This document shows, piece after piece, positions 38,904 through 50,708 of a stretch of 64,000 nucleotides of DNA. This stretch comes from Polymyxa betae A26-41 (lineage: Eukaryota; Protista; Endomyxa: Phytomyxea). Each line of letters opens with the position of its first letter. The first letter of the stretch is position 1. Position numbers and translations under genes: made by a program. The DNA is taken from contig RBZT01000656.1 in assembly GCA_003693705.1 (NCBI GenBank), forward strand, positions 65,902-129,901, written 5' to 3'. The notes beneath the pieces are model-generated. The model did no database searches and had not been told where the DNA came from. It saw only the letters and a list, made by a program, of their open reading frames with translations.

Positions 38904-39287
38904 CGGTCTGGTATGAACCTAACCTGGTAGAACTCTTTCCAGCAATGATCAAATACGATCACTGTTTCAAATAAACGCCCTGTGACGATTGAAGGTCAAG
39001 AAATAGGTCCTTCCCGACATAAGCCCAACGGAAATCGGGCTCCTCTATTAAAGCTCTGAATGCCACAGTTCCGCCCATAGATTCAATCGATTACTTGCCT
39101 CCGAAGAAAAACCTGCCAGATACACAGCAACAAATTCCATAGTATGTACAGAACGACACTGGCACATTGCCAAATGTGAAATGTTCAATAAAGTGCGCTT
39201 GTCAATGTATTTTTTGGTTTGTTTTATCTCATCTGAACTTTCACCATGGAACAATTGTAAAACACGTTGATCTGTTATCTCTGCCAC

Positions 39288-40458
39288 ATGTCAGGCGTTC
39301 AGGTCCCAATTGGGTTATGGGGCCTAGATTCACAGTTCTGGTCATACACCCGTTTACTGATCAGCGACATCCATGCTCTGAAAGATTACGATGCTCTGCC
39401 TGGCAACAGCTATCGCTTGAATGGTGTCCATCCGATCCATCGTGTTTGTATTGTTGGCGTTGCGGTCGAAGTTAAAATCCATGCCACCAATACGAGCATT
39501 TTCATCGATGATGGGACCGGCATTATTCTAACGACTTCGTGGCACAATGGCGACCAGCCCTGCCATCAGAACTGTCTCGGGCAACTTCTCATGCTTGCTG
39601 GGAAGCTATCCACATTTCGTGGTGAACATCAAATCAACATTCAATCAATCGGTACAATGAAAACTCTCGTATATTTTATTATGATCATTGAAGCGTTTAA
39701 AAGATGAGATCCTGGACCCGAATATTGAGATCCTTCATTGGGTTCAAGTTCTCGAACTGCAACAGACTGTATATAAACAAGTAGATCCTTTAGTGAAGAA
39801 AACTCTGGAGAACTTGGCGTCCAAAGACACCCAGATGAGCTCATCTCATTCAGAAACGATTCGGTCCAGCTCCATTCTAATCTGGTTTTCTATACGCTTA
39901 CTAATGAGATAGGAACGTTTGGGATGAACTTCTGCAATTATGCTTTGATCTGATACCATGCGGGAAGGAAGTGCTCTTCTCAGATATGTGTTCGAATCCG
40001 CATCTGATCGCCCTGGTTCGCAATCGGATTCTAGCTGCAGGCTCGTCTCAACATGATATTGCCCTTGTATGTTCGATCAACATCTCACAGCCCATGATTG
40101 ACGTGTTTTTGTTAGGCGATAAGTAAAGCTGTGAGCCGATGTGTTGCACAAGGATTGATAGTGCAGAGGTCGCGAGAACGTGATAGCTATATGAGACTTG
40201 ATACGAATCTGGTCTGTCAACTGATCGTTGATGAATTCCGGGCATCTGGCAATGAACCAGTAAATGTGTTTTTATTGACGAATTCATTGGTACTGAATAT
40301 GACGCACCCAGATGTCGTTGACACGAATCCTTGCGGCCTTTCGTCGTAGAGATCAATATGCATGTGTTCAGCTGCAGATGGTTAATGAGTCGATTTGGTT
40401 CTTGGAGAAGAGCAGCATCATACGACGTCAATCGATAAATACATTTATGTTAATTTAA
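39288..40458 (+). CDS. STN1: CST complex subunit STN1
   Basis: LWGLDSQFWSYTRLLISDI, HPIHRVCIVG, IDDGTGII, DPNIEILHW OB fold; C-terminal winged-helix-like exons. Confidence 0.85.
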
Positions 40459-40479
40459 GAAAAGGTTGAGAGATCGGAT

Positions 40480-42400
40480 TCATTGCTGGGTCGCGTCGTC
40501 ATCCGTCCTGGATTCTGAAACTTCCAATTCCAAAGCCTCTTTGTTCAAATCCCAGCCAGTCGATATAAAAACGTCGAAGATTCGGTCAGTTTTGTTGATA
40601 TCGACCCGCATGAACTGTTTCTCAGGCTCTAATAAACCCCTGTTGAAACTCTCCGTCACGATCCGCTCTTTTATAGCGATCAACTGCTTCGGGAACAATC
40701 GCAGTCTTCTGCAGAGCTCAACCTCAACCTTCGACAACGAGCTGAATCCTGGCATGGATATATCCACTACCCATTCGGGTTGTGGCGGTTCGGCAGCTGG
40801 CGTCGACAAATCGGTTGGGGTGGCCCCCCTATCGACACCATTCATTTCCACACCCGACCGCCTTCGTCTTACCGAAGTCACCTAAACGCAGCTCTGTTAA
40901 GCAATGGCCCTAACAGCTTCAATATACAACATACATTGCGTGGAGTTTGATATAAATAATCGAGTTTCTCTTTATCTCTTCGGAGATTCTTGTCTGCTTC
41001 TCTCTTCTTCTTTTCACTTTCATATTGAACACTCTCTACTAATGTCCGAATGCCAAGAAGCCGATGCTCCTGTAGCTGTTCGATGCGCTTCCTAAGTCGA
41101 TGCTCATTGATGAGACCTGCGTACAACCCGTTAACCGATTAACATTCAGCATTGGCGAATCGCTCATACCTTGGACGAAACGGTTATGTTCGTCCCTGGT
41201 TTGAAACCGAGCGAAACATGCCATCTTCTGGGCGATATCACGCTCTTCTCTAGACCGCTTACGATTCTGGAGAATGGTGATTAACAGTCTGTAAAAGAGA
41301 AGGCGGAAAAAGTCCATACACAAGGAATCAGTAAATCTCGATCCACAATGAACTCTTTGCGACGTTGTCGTTCATCCAGTGTCTGATTATAAACAGCAAT
41401 CACATCAAGCTTCAGACGCCGTTCTTCGGGCGTATCCTCGGCAAGGAATTCCATATCGGAGAGATACTTTTCTGCATCGTTGTCGTACTCCGTATCGAAA
41501 TCGCCTGAAGCCAGACGAATTGAGTAAGCGAAGGCCATTCGTCGTGAATCGGATGCAAACCTCTCTTCGGTACGTATCCTACCATACGAGCCAAACTCGT
41601 GTCCTGAGATTTCAACGAATTGGACGTCGGCGGCGGTTTCGATGGCGTCCCGTATTTACTGCCAGGCGCGTCCAGATGGTCAGTGGACAGAGACAGCCTT
41701 CTGTCATTCTGCACCGTGTCCTTCTTATAATCCTGTTCGAAACCATTGTTAGACGGGTCGTTCGACGAAACCAGAACGCATGGTTACTTTGGAATCTAGC
41801 AGAATCTCCATATTGGGTAGCGGAGCCAATGCAGACGAAAGATAGACGGCGTTATAATGGGCCTGGCATTTATGTTTGGATTTGGTGCCCACGTAATCAG
41901 CAATATCTTGCCAGTTGCCGAACCCGTACTGCAAGATGCCTTCGAGAAGAGAGCGCTCTTCTTCGGCACCCCATTCGCGATCGAAGATCGGATCAGTGAT
42001 ATGTTCGATAACGCGATATGGATGATCGTTCTTATGCGTTATGAGTTCCACGCCCATTGAGAAGCATTCAATACAGAGATCGAATTCGGCACATTTGGCG
42101 CACCGAATCCGAATCGTCGTTGTGATATCCTTTCGACAGTAATCGCATTCATAGCGATTCGCTCTGGCTAAATTATCGTTTGAATGAAAGCAAAGTCGAG
42201 AAAAAACCATAGCAGTACGTTTTGAATTTGAAGGCTGCGATGTGGCTTCTTTGGTTTGAGAGCCGGGCTCCTCAGCTGGGGCCGGATCGGGCTCACCTTC
42301 ATCGGCAGCGCCCCCGCGACTCTGCCGCTTCGTATTGCGCCTATATCGAAGGTTAGATCCGTCAGATGCCGGGCGAGATGCAATCTAACCCGGCGCCCAT
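40480..42400 (-). CDS. ADA2: Transcriptional adapter ADA2 (ZZ, SANT, SWIRM)
   Basis: CDYC...[20 protein letters not shown]...[28 protein letters not shown], and [18 protein letters not shown]-type segment; start uncertain. Confidence 0.95.
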
Positions 42401-42893
42401 GACGTCTGGAAGGAAGAGGAGACGGTTAGATGATCACAAAATACACCTCCACCGAGACGAACCACAGGCCTAACAACTGCGCAGTAGCAACAACTGCGCA
42501 AAAAACTCCGCAGTTTTGTTATTTTTTCGAAAAGCTTGAAAAATTGTTTACCTTGAGATTCAAAATCGGAAAGTCGATTGACCGCGAATGGCGCCTGTCT
42601 CGACTGATCAGCTTATACAAAAGTCAATAGCCCAATAAATAACGTGTCTGGCTACCGTAGTTAATCGTTCATGTAGCACAGATTGAGGGTGCTTTAAGAT
42701 GTCGGTGCATTCTTGCAATCTGTAAGAGCTATGTGATATGGCAGTTGTTCAGAGCGGTCCAATAAGAAATTTGAGCCATTCTAATCTCAGATTATTGATT
42801 CGATCTAGTTGCTGAGCGGCCTTTCTAAATGTTACACTTTAGGTGTGAGATTGCTGTTAGGGGGCGTCACTGTAGCAATCAGAGACGATTGCA

Positions 42894-44637
42894 ATGCTGC
42901 AGGTGCCCATCAAGTTAGAGACTTTCAGGCGCATCTCACTGGAATGGTTTCTGCCGCTCGTCTATGTAATAGGCCTGGCCTATATTGCTCTTCTTCCGGA
43001 GCTAGCAGTTGAATATTACGTCGATGAGAATGCGTTCATCGTTCATTCGATTCAGGCTGCTAGCACATCTCACGACATCAAACCTGCATTGAACCTTCCG
43101 GGTCCTGATCGTGTTTCTGGCGAAATAATTCACCGCTGGCTGAGTGACGCTTTGGGGACGCCCTCTATTTCGGTTGTATTGTTTACAGTTAGGGAACTGC
43201 CTTCATTGTTGATATGTTTAGATTAGGGGCTTCGATAACGATGCTGTATATGCCCTTTTACGATCAAGAAGATCGAATGGAGAAGATTCGATTGTTATCG
43301 TCGTTCCGTATTACGCCTCAAAAGGGAATCAGGTCTCAGGACTTCATATAGCCACAGCTTTGCTAAAGTACCTCAATACTGTCAAATGGCTTGCTAAAGA
43401 TATCATTCTGCTTTGTGTTCCAGGCAATAATCCAGATGCAGTTTCGAACTGGGTCTCAGCCTATCATTCCGATTACTCCAATCGGAACGAATCACAGCAT
43501 TTACCGATGGAAAGAGCTGGTGCAATTCGCGCGGCTCTGATTCTGGATTTACCGCCTTCGACTGAGTTCCATGCACTCTCGCTCGTATGTCAAACTGGTC
43601 AAGGCGTTCTTCCCAATTTCGATATGGTTGCAATTGCTCAGTATATGATGCAGCAGCACAACATTCCGTTATCAATTTCCGACCATTATAACAGTTCATT
43701 GCTACGCCCTTCTATGGACAAGTTTGCATTTCTCGAACGGTGGCGTCCCATGCTAAGGTTCATGGCTGATACCCTTTCCGCTTCTCACGCAGGCCTTCAT
43801 GCGCCTTTTATTGATTTCAATATTGATGCTCTGAGCTTAGTTGCAACTGGAATATCAACCGATTCATCTACCAGAGGAGTAAGGTATGTCTCTCTTGTTC
43901 AAGCCATGGAAGAAACAGTTCGCGCTTTTAGCAATCTTATCGAAAAACTCCATCATTCGAGTTTTCTCTACATCCTGACATCCACCACAAGAGTGACTAC
44001 ATTTGTTGCCTATTATTGGGCGTCCGTAGTCGTCGCTACTCCATGGCCCCTAACTATTATTCATCGATTGGAGAACGATTTGCCGTTATCGACAATGCTA
44101 CCAGCATTTCGCGCTTTTTCTGTGTTGCTGTGTTGGTCGTTATCGCTTCGATATTTACCATTCTTTTTTAGCTCTGGATTTTGGTGGAATCTGTCTGTCT
44201 GGTTACTATGTTCGCTTGTCACGCTTCTAACTTGCTACTTTTATGTCCCGAAGGGGATGTCCTGGGCCTGGTTTCACTCATTTATCGCACTAATGTCGCT
44301 GATTGTGGTGTTGCCCTATTCCGTCTTGAATTTTACGGTGACTCTCGTCTTCATTCTCACAACTGTTCCCTTAGTTCTTGTCAAACCGCCAATATCCAAA
44401 ATCGACCGTTTCCGCAATATTTCATTGCTGCTATTATGCTCTCCTGTCATTCCATTGGTTCTCACATCGTCGGTCTTCGAAATGCCAATCCAAACTCTCG
44501 TATACAACTTCTTTAAGCATATGGACAATTCTATCCATCATATGTACCAATTAGTGTATTTTCTATATCTACCTAACTATACAGCTGCTATAGTCGCCAC
44601 ATTTTTCTTTAAACCTACCCATATCAAAACGGATTAA
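42894..44637 (+). CDS. GAA1: GPI transamidase component GAA1
   Basis: YVDENAF, WLAKDII, RAGAIRAAL, GVLPNFDMV, SNLIEKLHHSSFLY and a multi-TM C-terminus. Confidence 0.92.
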
Positions 44638-44749
44638 ACTCTGTAAGATCATAATACAGTACCGATATTAATCTGACAATATATTGCGATTGCATCAAGC
44701 GCTTTCATATCGTGTAACAATCAAGCAATCTATGCATTAAGGAAGCTGG

Positions 44750-46432
44750 ATGGCGTTCGTCTTTAGGACAGCTCGATTTCGATCAGAAAACGGCAATATT
44801 CATTTGGGACCCGGCTCTTATAATATCGACAATGCTTTGCGAAAACGTCCCGCCAAAGCGCTGGTCCCTTTCAACTCGACCTCTGCTCGTCTGCTATCGG
44901 ACACCAGCACATCAGATACTCCAGGTCCTGGGTCTTATATTCCAGTACATCTGGATCCACCTGATTCAGCCCAACATGCAGCTTCGAGTTCGTTTGCATC
45001 GAATACGTCGCGATTCTCCTATTTGTACAAACCATCGAGCGAGGCCAATGCTCCAGTTCTCACGCATCCAGATTGGACGCGATCCATTCGACAACAGAAA
45101 CGCACTCGCCGGGCGCAAACTGTGGCCTGGTGCCGGGTTGGGACGGCGCCCTCGATTCCCGCCCGAAACCAATCGCATGGATACTCACAAGACGGCTATG
45201 GCGATCTTCACCCGAGACCAGCAACGACGAAAATCCGTTCTGGCGTCGGTAATGATACAGCCGGCCCGGGCGATTACGACGTCGACGATCGCGCTCTGCG
45301 CGTCGTACGAACCTGCGATTTCGGCAGGTCGACCTCGAAGCGAAGCGCCACAGCCGCGCCAACATCGGCAGCGACCGGACCGTATCTAGGACCACAGCCC
45401 TGGATCGCCGCGAAAACGAAACCATCCGCTGCGTTCGCCTCCAACACGAAACGCTTCGATAATCGACGACGCGATGATCTTCCAGCGCCGGGGCAGTACG
45501 ACCCCTATCCTGATCGGATCGTACACGAGAGCGGCAGCAGCGCCTCAAAAACGCATCAGGTCTGTAGAGAGCTCTTGGTGCATCTCCCCTCTGAATGATG
45601 ATTTTTGAAGTCGTTTTCAAAACAAGTTGGTCGCGATAAACTTCCAAGAACAGAGGCGGAGACGCCCGGCGTCGGATCGTACAATGTCCAGGCGAATTCG
45701 TCGTTTAAATCTGCGTCCGAACTGGAGAAACGGCGAAAGGCGTTGTGCCTGAAGGATCAGGCTCCGTTCCAGAGCCAGGCGCCGCGATTTCGGTCGGGAT
45801 CGTCGAGCGAGACGCCCGGCCCGGGGGCCTATGACGTCCATCAGCCCGCCATCATCGATCCGGAACTGGAGGCGTACAAGAGCGCGAAACGCAGCGCGTT
45901 CGGGGTCGGGACCGAGAGATTCCGCGACGACAAGAAGAATGACGTCCCGGGACCGGGAGAATACCGAATAATAGGAGCTCCAGAGCCAAGATATAAGGTA
46001 GGGTTTCTAGGGTTTAGGGTTTCGGCTCTAACATGATCATAGTCGGGCCGCACATCCAGCTTCTTCCAATCGCATTCGAAGCGATTCGTGGATCCGCGAC
46101 CTGACGACGGACCTGGGCCGAACACCTATCAGAAGATCCCAGATTGGAGGAAATCGCCGAAAATTCGCTCTAAAACAGCCGCGTTCTTGTCGTCGCAGAA
46201 ATCGGCCAGATGTGAGACGAAGGCGGCAGATACGCCTGGGCCCGGCGCCTACGTTCTTCCAAGCCGATCCGCTTCAAGAACAACGGCAGCGGGTGCTGCG
46301 TTGCGATTCACAGCGAAGAGGTTCGCCGATGGCCACGACGATCGCCCGGGCGTTGGAACCTACGATCTGATCTCGCACGATTCACTCTTGAAACGTTCCT
46401 TTAATATTACGATCAGTGATGAATACCAATAG
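44750..46432 (+). CDS. SHIPPO/STPG (sperm-tail PG-rich) repeat protein
   Basis: Repeated (T)PGPGxY motifs separated by AF.S...RF motifs across three exons. Confidence 0.9.
45999..46022 (+). repeat. Short telomere-like TTTAGGG tract inside an intron
   Basis: tagggtttctagggtttagggttt. Confidence 0.6.
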
Positions 46433-46485
46433 AACACTTAATACTCGATAAATAATATATTGCAGGAGACTATAGCTGTTGGCTC

Positions 46486-47433
46486 TCATACAGAGCGAAG
46501 GCTCTGCAGACGGGTATCAACTGCTAGAAGCCTGAGACGATCTACAATGAGCTCGGATTCGGCCGCCAGAACACGAAGCTCGGCTTTCACAGCAGCACGA
46601 CGACATTCCTCGACCTCCGTCGAGACACGCGCCAGGCGTTGCCTGAGAGCGTCGACATTGGCCGATCGGAAGCAGGCTGTCCATCTAGATGTAAAACCAG
46701 CGCTGGGTTGAGCTACAGGTGGAGGCGGCGCAGCGATCGGCGCCGACGTCGACCTTGGCATCGTCTTTAACGGCGTCATAGCGGCAGGGGAGCTTTCCGG
46801 CGACGTCCGACTCGACAGCGATAACGAACGCGACTTTGGAAAGGACGGACGACGGGCGTAGGGCGTCCCGAGAGGCGAATGACGAGCTTGTTTCTGAAAG
46901 CGTCCCGGCTGCGAATTCTCTTTCGATCGATTCCTGGGTGAGAGAGGGCGGCTTAATGGGCGATAACGCCCGGGTGGGCTCGGTGAACGACGCTGATGAT
47001 GGATGAGACGATCGGGGTGAATCTCAGGCTGAGGTCGTGTAGCGGGCGGCGTCGGAGGCGGCGGCAGAAGCGTCATTGGTCGATCGATCATTTCTACATA
47101 GATCGGATGGTCGTTCCAATTCGTGCCAGATAGCCTCAGAGCCGCCTGAACGCCCATCTCGTTGGCGAACTCTAAAATCGCCGATCTGGGAGGCAATCAG
47201 TAAAGAGATGGACAACAATGAGACAGCCGAGACCCGGTGTCGTGAATCTGCCTCTCTGGAGTACAGACGAGCGATTGGCCACAATCCGGGCTGAAGAATC
47301 GAATCAGATCGCGGGGGTTGGTCTTGGGCGGAAGTCCAGCGACACGGACCCGCAGGCCGAGCGGGGTTGGAGGCGGCGGCGGTGGCGGTGGCGGTGGTGC
47401 TGGTGTCCAGGCCGGGCCACCTGCTCCATGCAT
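46486..47433 (-). CDS. Proline-rich RRM-domain protein
   Basis: VRVAGLPPKTNPRDLIRFFSPDCG...AILEFANEMGVQAALRLSGTNW is an RRM split by an intron; Pro/Ser/Arg-rich tail and C-terminal coiled coil. Confidence 0.75.
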
Positions 47434-47757
47434 GAAGCGGCGGTCGGCGGTCGGCGTCTGAATCCGACCGAATAGAAGGTGTCCGTGGCGGACAACAAAC
47501 GCAGGATGTTTGTTGAAGCGATTTTCACAGGAGGCAACGTTACATTAGGGTTTGGCTGTATGGAGGAATCTCCAGTCGTGTTTGTATGGTAGATTTCGAA
47601 CAGATATTGACCAGGTCTAAAGGATCATATAGGATGGTAGGCATCCATATATCTGTGAGGTCTGCTTAGTAGATTGTATCAATGGATTTGATCAGACAGG
47701 GCGGAGAAGACAGTGATTCCAGGCGATGGTAGGTCTGGATCTGTCCGAGCCATAACT

Positions 47758-47777
47758 GGGGTTAGGGTTTAGGGTTT
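47758..47777 (+). repeat. Short telomere-like (telo-box) tract
   Basis: ggggttagggtttagggttt in the divergent spacer, about 60 bp upstream of the ATG at 47837. Confidence 0.6.
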
Positions 47778-47836
47778 GCCTGCAATCATTCTGGTCACTG
47801 CTCCTTGCGGAGATCCTCTCCATCGTGGTCATTGTC

Positions 47837-48994
47837 ATGACAGCTTCAACAATGCTGATGGATCCCACTGCCGCCATTCTTATCGTGAGTTTCCTTACCA
47901 GCCAAGCTTGCTGTTCGCCGTTTTCCAGCAATTCTGCTGAATCCAATACCATCCACAAGCTTGGTGAAAGGATGATCGAGCTGCAACAAACTCTCCAAAG
48001 CCAAACGATCGCCCAAAACCCATTTCATGATGAAATTGAATTCGACTCGATGAATGCCCATTATGAAGCTGTGTTAAAGTCGTACAAATCCCATCACGAT
48101 CGTTGGTCGTTCGGCGACTTCTCCGAGTTCGACAAACCCGACCCCGAGGTTGCTGTGATATTCTGCTCGTTGATCCAGAGCCTGGTCGAAGACGGGTTCT
48201 ATTCTGCTGAAGCTCATTGCAAGATCACCCATATCTGGACCCTACAAGATCTGGGCGAGTTCAGCGATTCGTCCGCTGTCAGCCTTCTCTCCAAAGCGAT
48301 GGACGTCTTTCTCTCAATCGAAGGCGAAATGCTCTACTGGAACGTAGCGCGGCAGCTGATGGAAGGCGATCTGACCATGGAGACGATTCAGAACGCCAAG
48401 GATAGCTTAGCGTACCTGATCGACAATTATCCTCCATCTGATGCTCGCGACATCGTTAGCAGAATCGATGCTCTTCTGATAGAGAAATGCATCGAACATC
48501 TCCGAGAGCTATGGCTGATTCCTGGCAGAATCTATGAGCCAGATTATATCAATTCGTGGATGGACGATTTCCGCAGATTTCAAGAACTGAATTTCTTCGT
48601 TGACCCCAAATCTCGGCACAACGTCCTGTTTGACGCCTTCAACAAGGCGTTCGAACGATTCCAGAAGCTGAAGAAGTTCGAATCCGTCGTCGATCACAAC
48701 CCGATTGAGCCCGACGAATGCCCGATCTGCTTCAGGTACGAACAGAGATTGCAGAGAATGCTGGTCGTACTGGCTCACACACCCTATTGTTACAGGGACA
48801 GCGATGAAGTCGAATGGGTCAAGTTCTGCGGTTTCTGCGACGAATTCCGATTTCTCTGCATTGATTGCATGCAGGAGCCAATCATGAAGAAGTGCGGGAT
48901 CGTGCTATGCTGTCAATGCAGTACTCCGAATATGCCATCGAAATGGCCAGATGCAGCAGAATGCTACACGACCACATCCAGTTTGTTAGAATGA
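47837..48994 (+). CDS. Candidate secreted protein with C-terminal RING-like Cys cluster
   Basis: Intronless ORF; hydrophobic AAILIVSFLTSQACCS near the N-terminus; C-terminal CPIC...H...C...CGFC...CIDC...CCQC. Confidence 0.65.
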   Translation: MTASTMLMDPTAAILIVSFLTSQACCSPFSSNSAESNTIHKLGERMIELQQTLQSQTIAQNPFHDEIEFDSMNAHYEAVLKSYKSHHDRWSFGDFSEFDKPDPEVAVIFCSLIQSLVEDGFYSAEAHCKITHIWTLQDLGEFSDSSAVSLLSKAMDVFLSIEGEMLYWNVARQLMEGDLTMETIQNAKDSLAYLIDNYPPSDARDIVSRIDALLIEKCIEHLRELWLIPGRIYEPDYINSWMDDFRRFQELNFFVDPKSRHNVLFDAFNKAFERFQKLKKFESVVDHNPIEPDECPICFRYEQRLQRMLVVLAHTPYCYRDSDEVEWVKFCGFCDEFRFLCIDCMQEPIMKKCGIVLCCQCSTPNMPSKWPDAAECYTTTSSLLE

Positions 48995-49031
48995 ACCCTG
49001 CCAGTGTTGTTTAACAGTTTGTCGTCTCAAA

Positions 49032-50404
49032 TTCAGCCGTCGAACGCTTGATCGAACGCCTGCGATGTCGCGCCCTGGCTAACACGAGAGACGGGAATCG
49101 TGAATGGAAGGCCGGCGTCCTACAAACACATGAATCACGTTCTCTGCAAATGTTGAAGGGCGCCCTCACCTGAATGTATTTGTTCGCGTACTGGAAGCAT
49201 TTCGCGCGTTCGTCGTGGCTGGCTCCCGATCCGACCCAGATGAACAGGCTATGTCCGGCCACATCCACCAGGAACACGTCGTTCGAATCCAGCAGCGATC
49301 GCTTCAGCGACCCGCTCGCGACCTCCGTCATCTGCAGGTCGCCATTCGCATCGGATAGTCGTAGGAGCTTCTTCGTGCTTTGAACGACGGCTGCATCGGG
49401 GCCGCCTTGCTCGGCGGATTTCACGGGGCCTTGACCTCCTACAAGCGACCAGAACGCATCACATCGCTCCTGGCCATCGAGAACCTGGAACGTCGGCTTG
49501 CAGCCGCGCGATTCGCGAATCTGATTGGCGACCTCGTTGGCTTTGCGCTTCTCGTACACGCCCGCCTTCGATCCGTTCCATTGGAAGATCTGCAGACCCG
49601 CGTCTGTTCGCTGCGTCAGATGGTGAGAACGAGAAGCGAACTCGATACCGAGAATGAAGACGTCGCCGTCGTTCAGCGACTGAATGCTGGTGGGAACCTG
49701 CTTGACAGCGACCGCTTTACGAACGCCTTTAACATGGAGAAGGCGCGGTTTGTAATCAACAGGCTTGACGTTATTAAACCTGATTCAGCACTCATTAAGA
49801 TCGAGCGAGTTTTCTCGAAAAAGTTTCGAAAAACTACGAGAAAAGCATCGTACCCGCTGGCGACACCTCCGCTCAAGATCATGATGGCGGGATGGAACAG
49901 TTTCAGGAACTCGTCGGATTCGTGTCCCTGCACTTCTCGATATTGGACCGGCAGATCGGACAGCAGCGTATCGAGCTCGACGGTTTTGAACGCCGCCGTG
50001 CCGGCCTCGTCCTGGGTCGTGTTCTGCCCGAGCCAGAAATGAACATTGTAGGCGAGACGATCGCCGGACCCTGGTTGACGATACGTGTTCAGAACAATAT
50101 AGGAATCGCCATCGTAGAATTGCCCGAATTGCTCTCGAGGGATGCGATTCACGCCGAAATTCTCAACTCGCCAAATCATCACTCCTGGAGACGCCAATTA
50201 GCAGAGCGTTCGTTGAGAGGCGCGAGTCGAACCGGGTTCCTTGCCGGCGCCCACGAACTGGGCTTCGCAGGCAGCGGCCGCTTTGCGAACTTTGACGGCC
50301 GTCTCCGAGTTCAGGCCGGCGATGTTGGATTCTTCGAATTTCACTACGACCGAGTTCAACGAAACGGGATAACGCGACTGGGTGGAATCACCTTGCTGAG
50401 GCAT
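49032..50404 (-). CDS. Gelsolin-family actin-severing protein (severin/fragmin-like, three repeats)
   Basis: IWRVENF, FYDGDSYIVL, HFWLG..TTQDEAGTAAFKTVELD, QYREVQGHES, LNDGDVFI, LDSNDVFLVD. Confidence 0.93.
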
Positions 50405-50708
50405 GATGAATGAGACGTATTGATGAGAATGAGCTCAACGTATGACGAAAGATCTTGGAGAAGGGTCGGCGCGTGCGCGGCGTCAACACACTGAATAAGT
50501 TCAAGACGGATCCTTAAGTCACGATTAATTATAGAAATATCTCATAGAGGACTTAGTCCTAGGTTCGAGAAGAATGACGCCCTGAATATAGATTAGTAAG
50601 TTTTATAGGCGGTAGAGCTGTTAGCTGTAAAGAGGGATTGTTGTATTATGTTGATCATCTGCCTTTATGGTTGCGAAAGCGAATCGAGACGGAAAGGGTT
50701 CGCATCGC

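Noticed and set aside
512-42400. Functional cluster of telomere/replication genes (DNA2, STN1)
   Set aside because: They are 35 kb apart among unrelated genes; no evidence of clustering.
44750-46432. Periodic repeats that might suggest a CRISPR-like array
   Set aside because: The repeats are protein-level PGPG motifs with synonymous variation in a eukaryotic gene.
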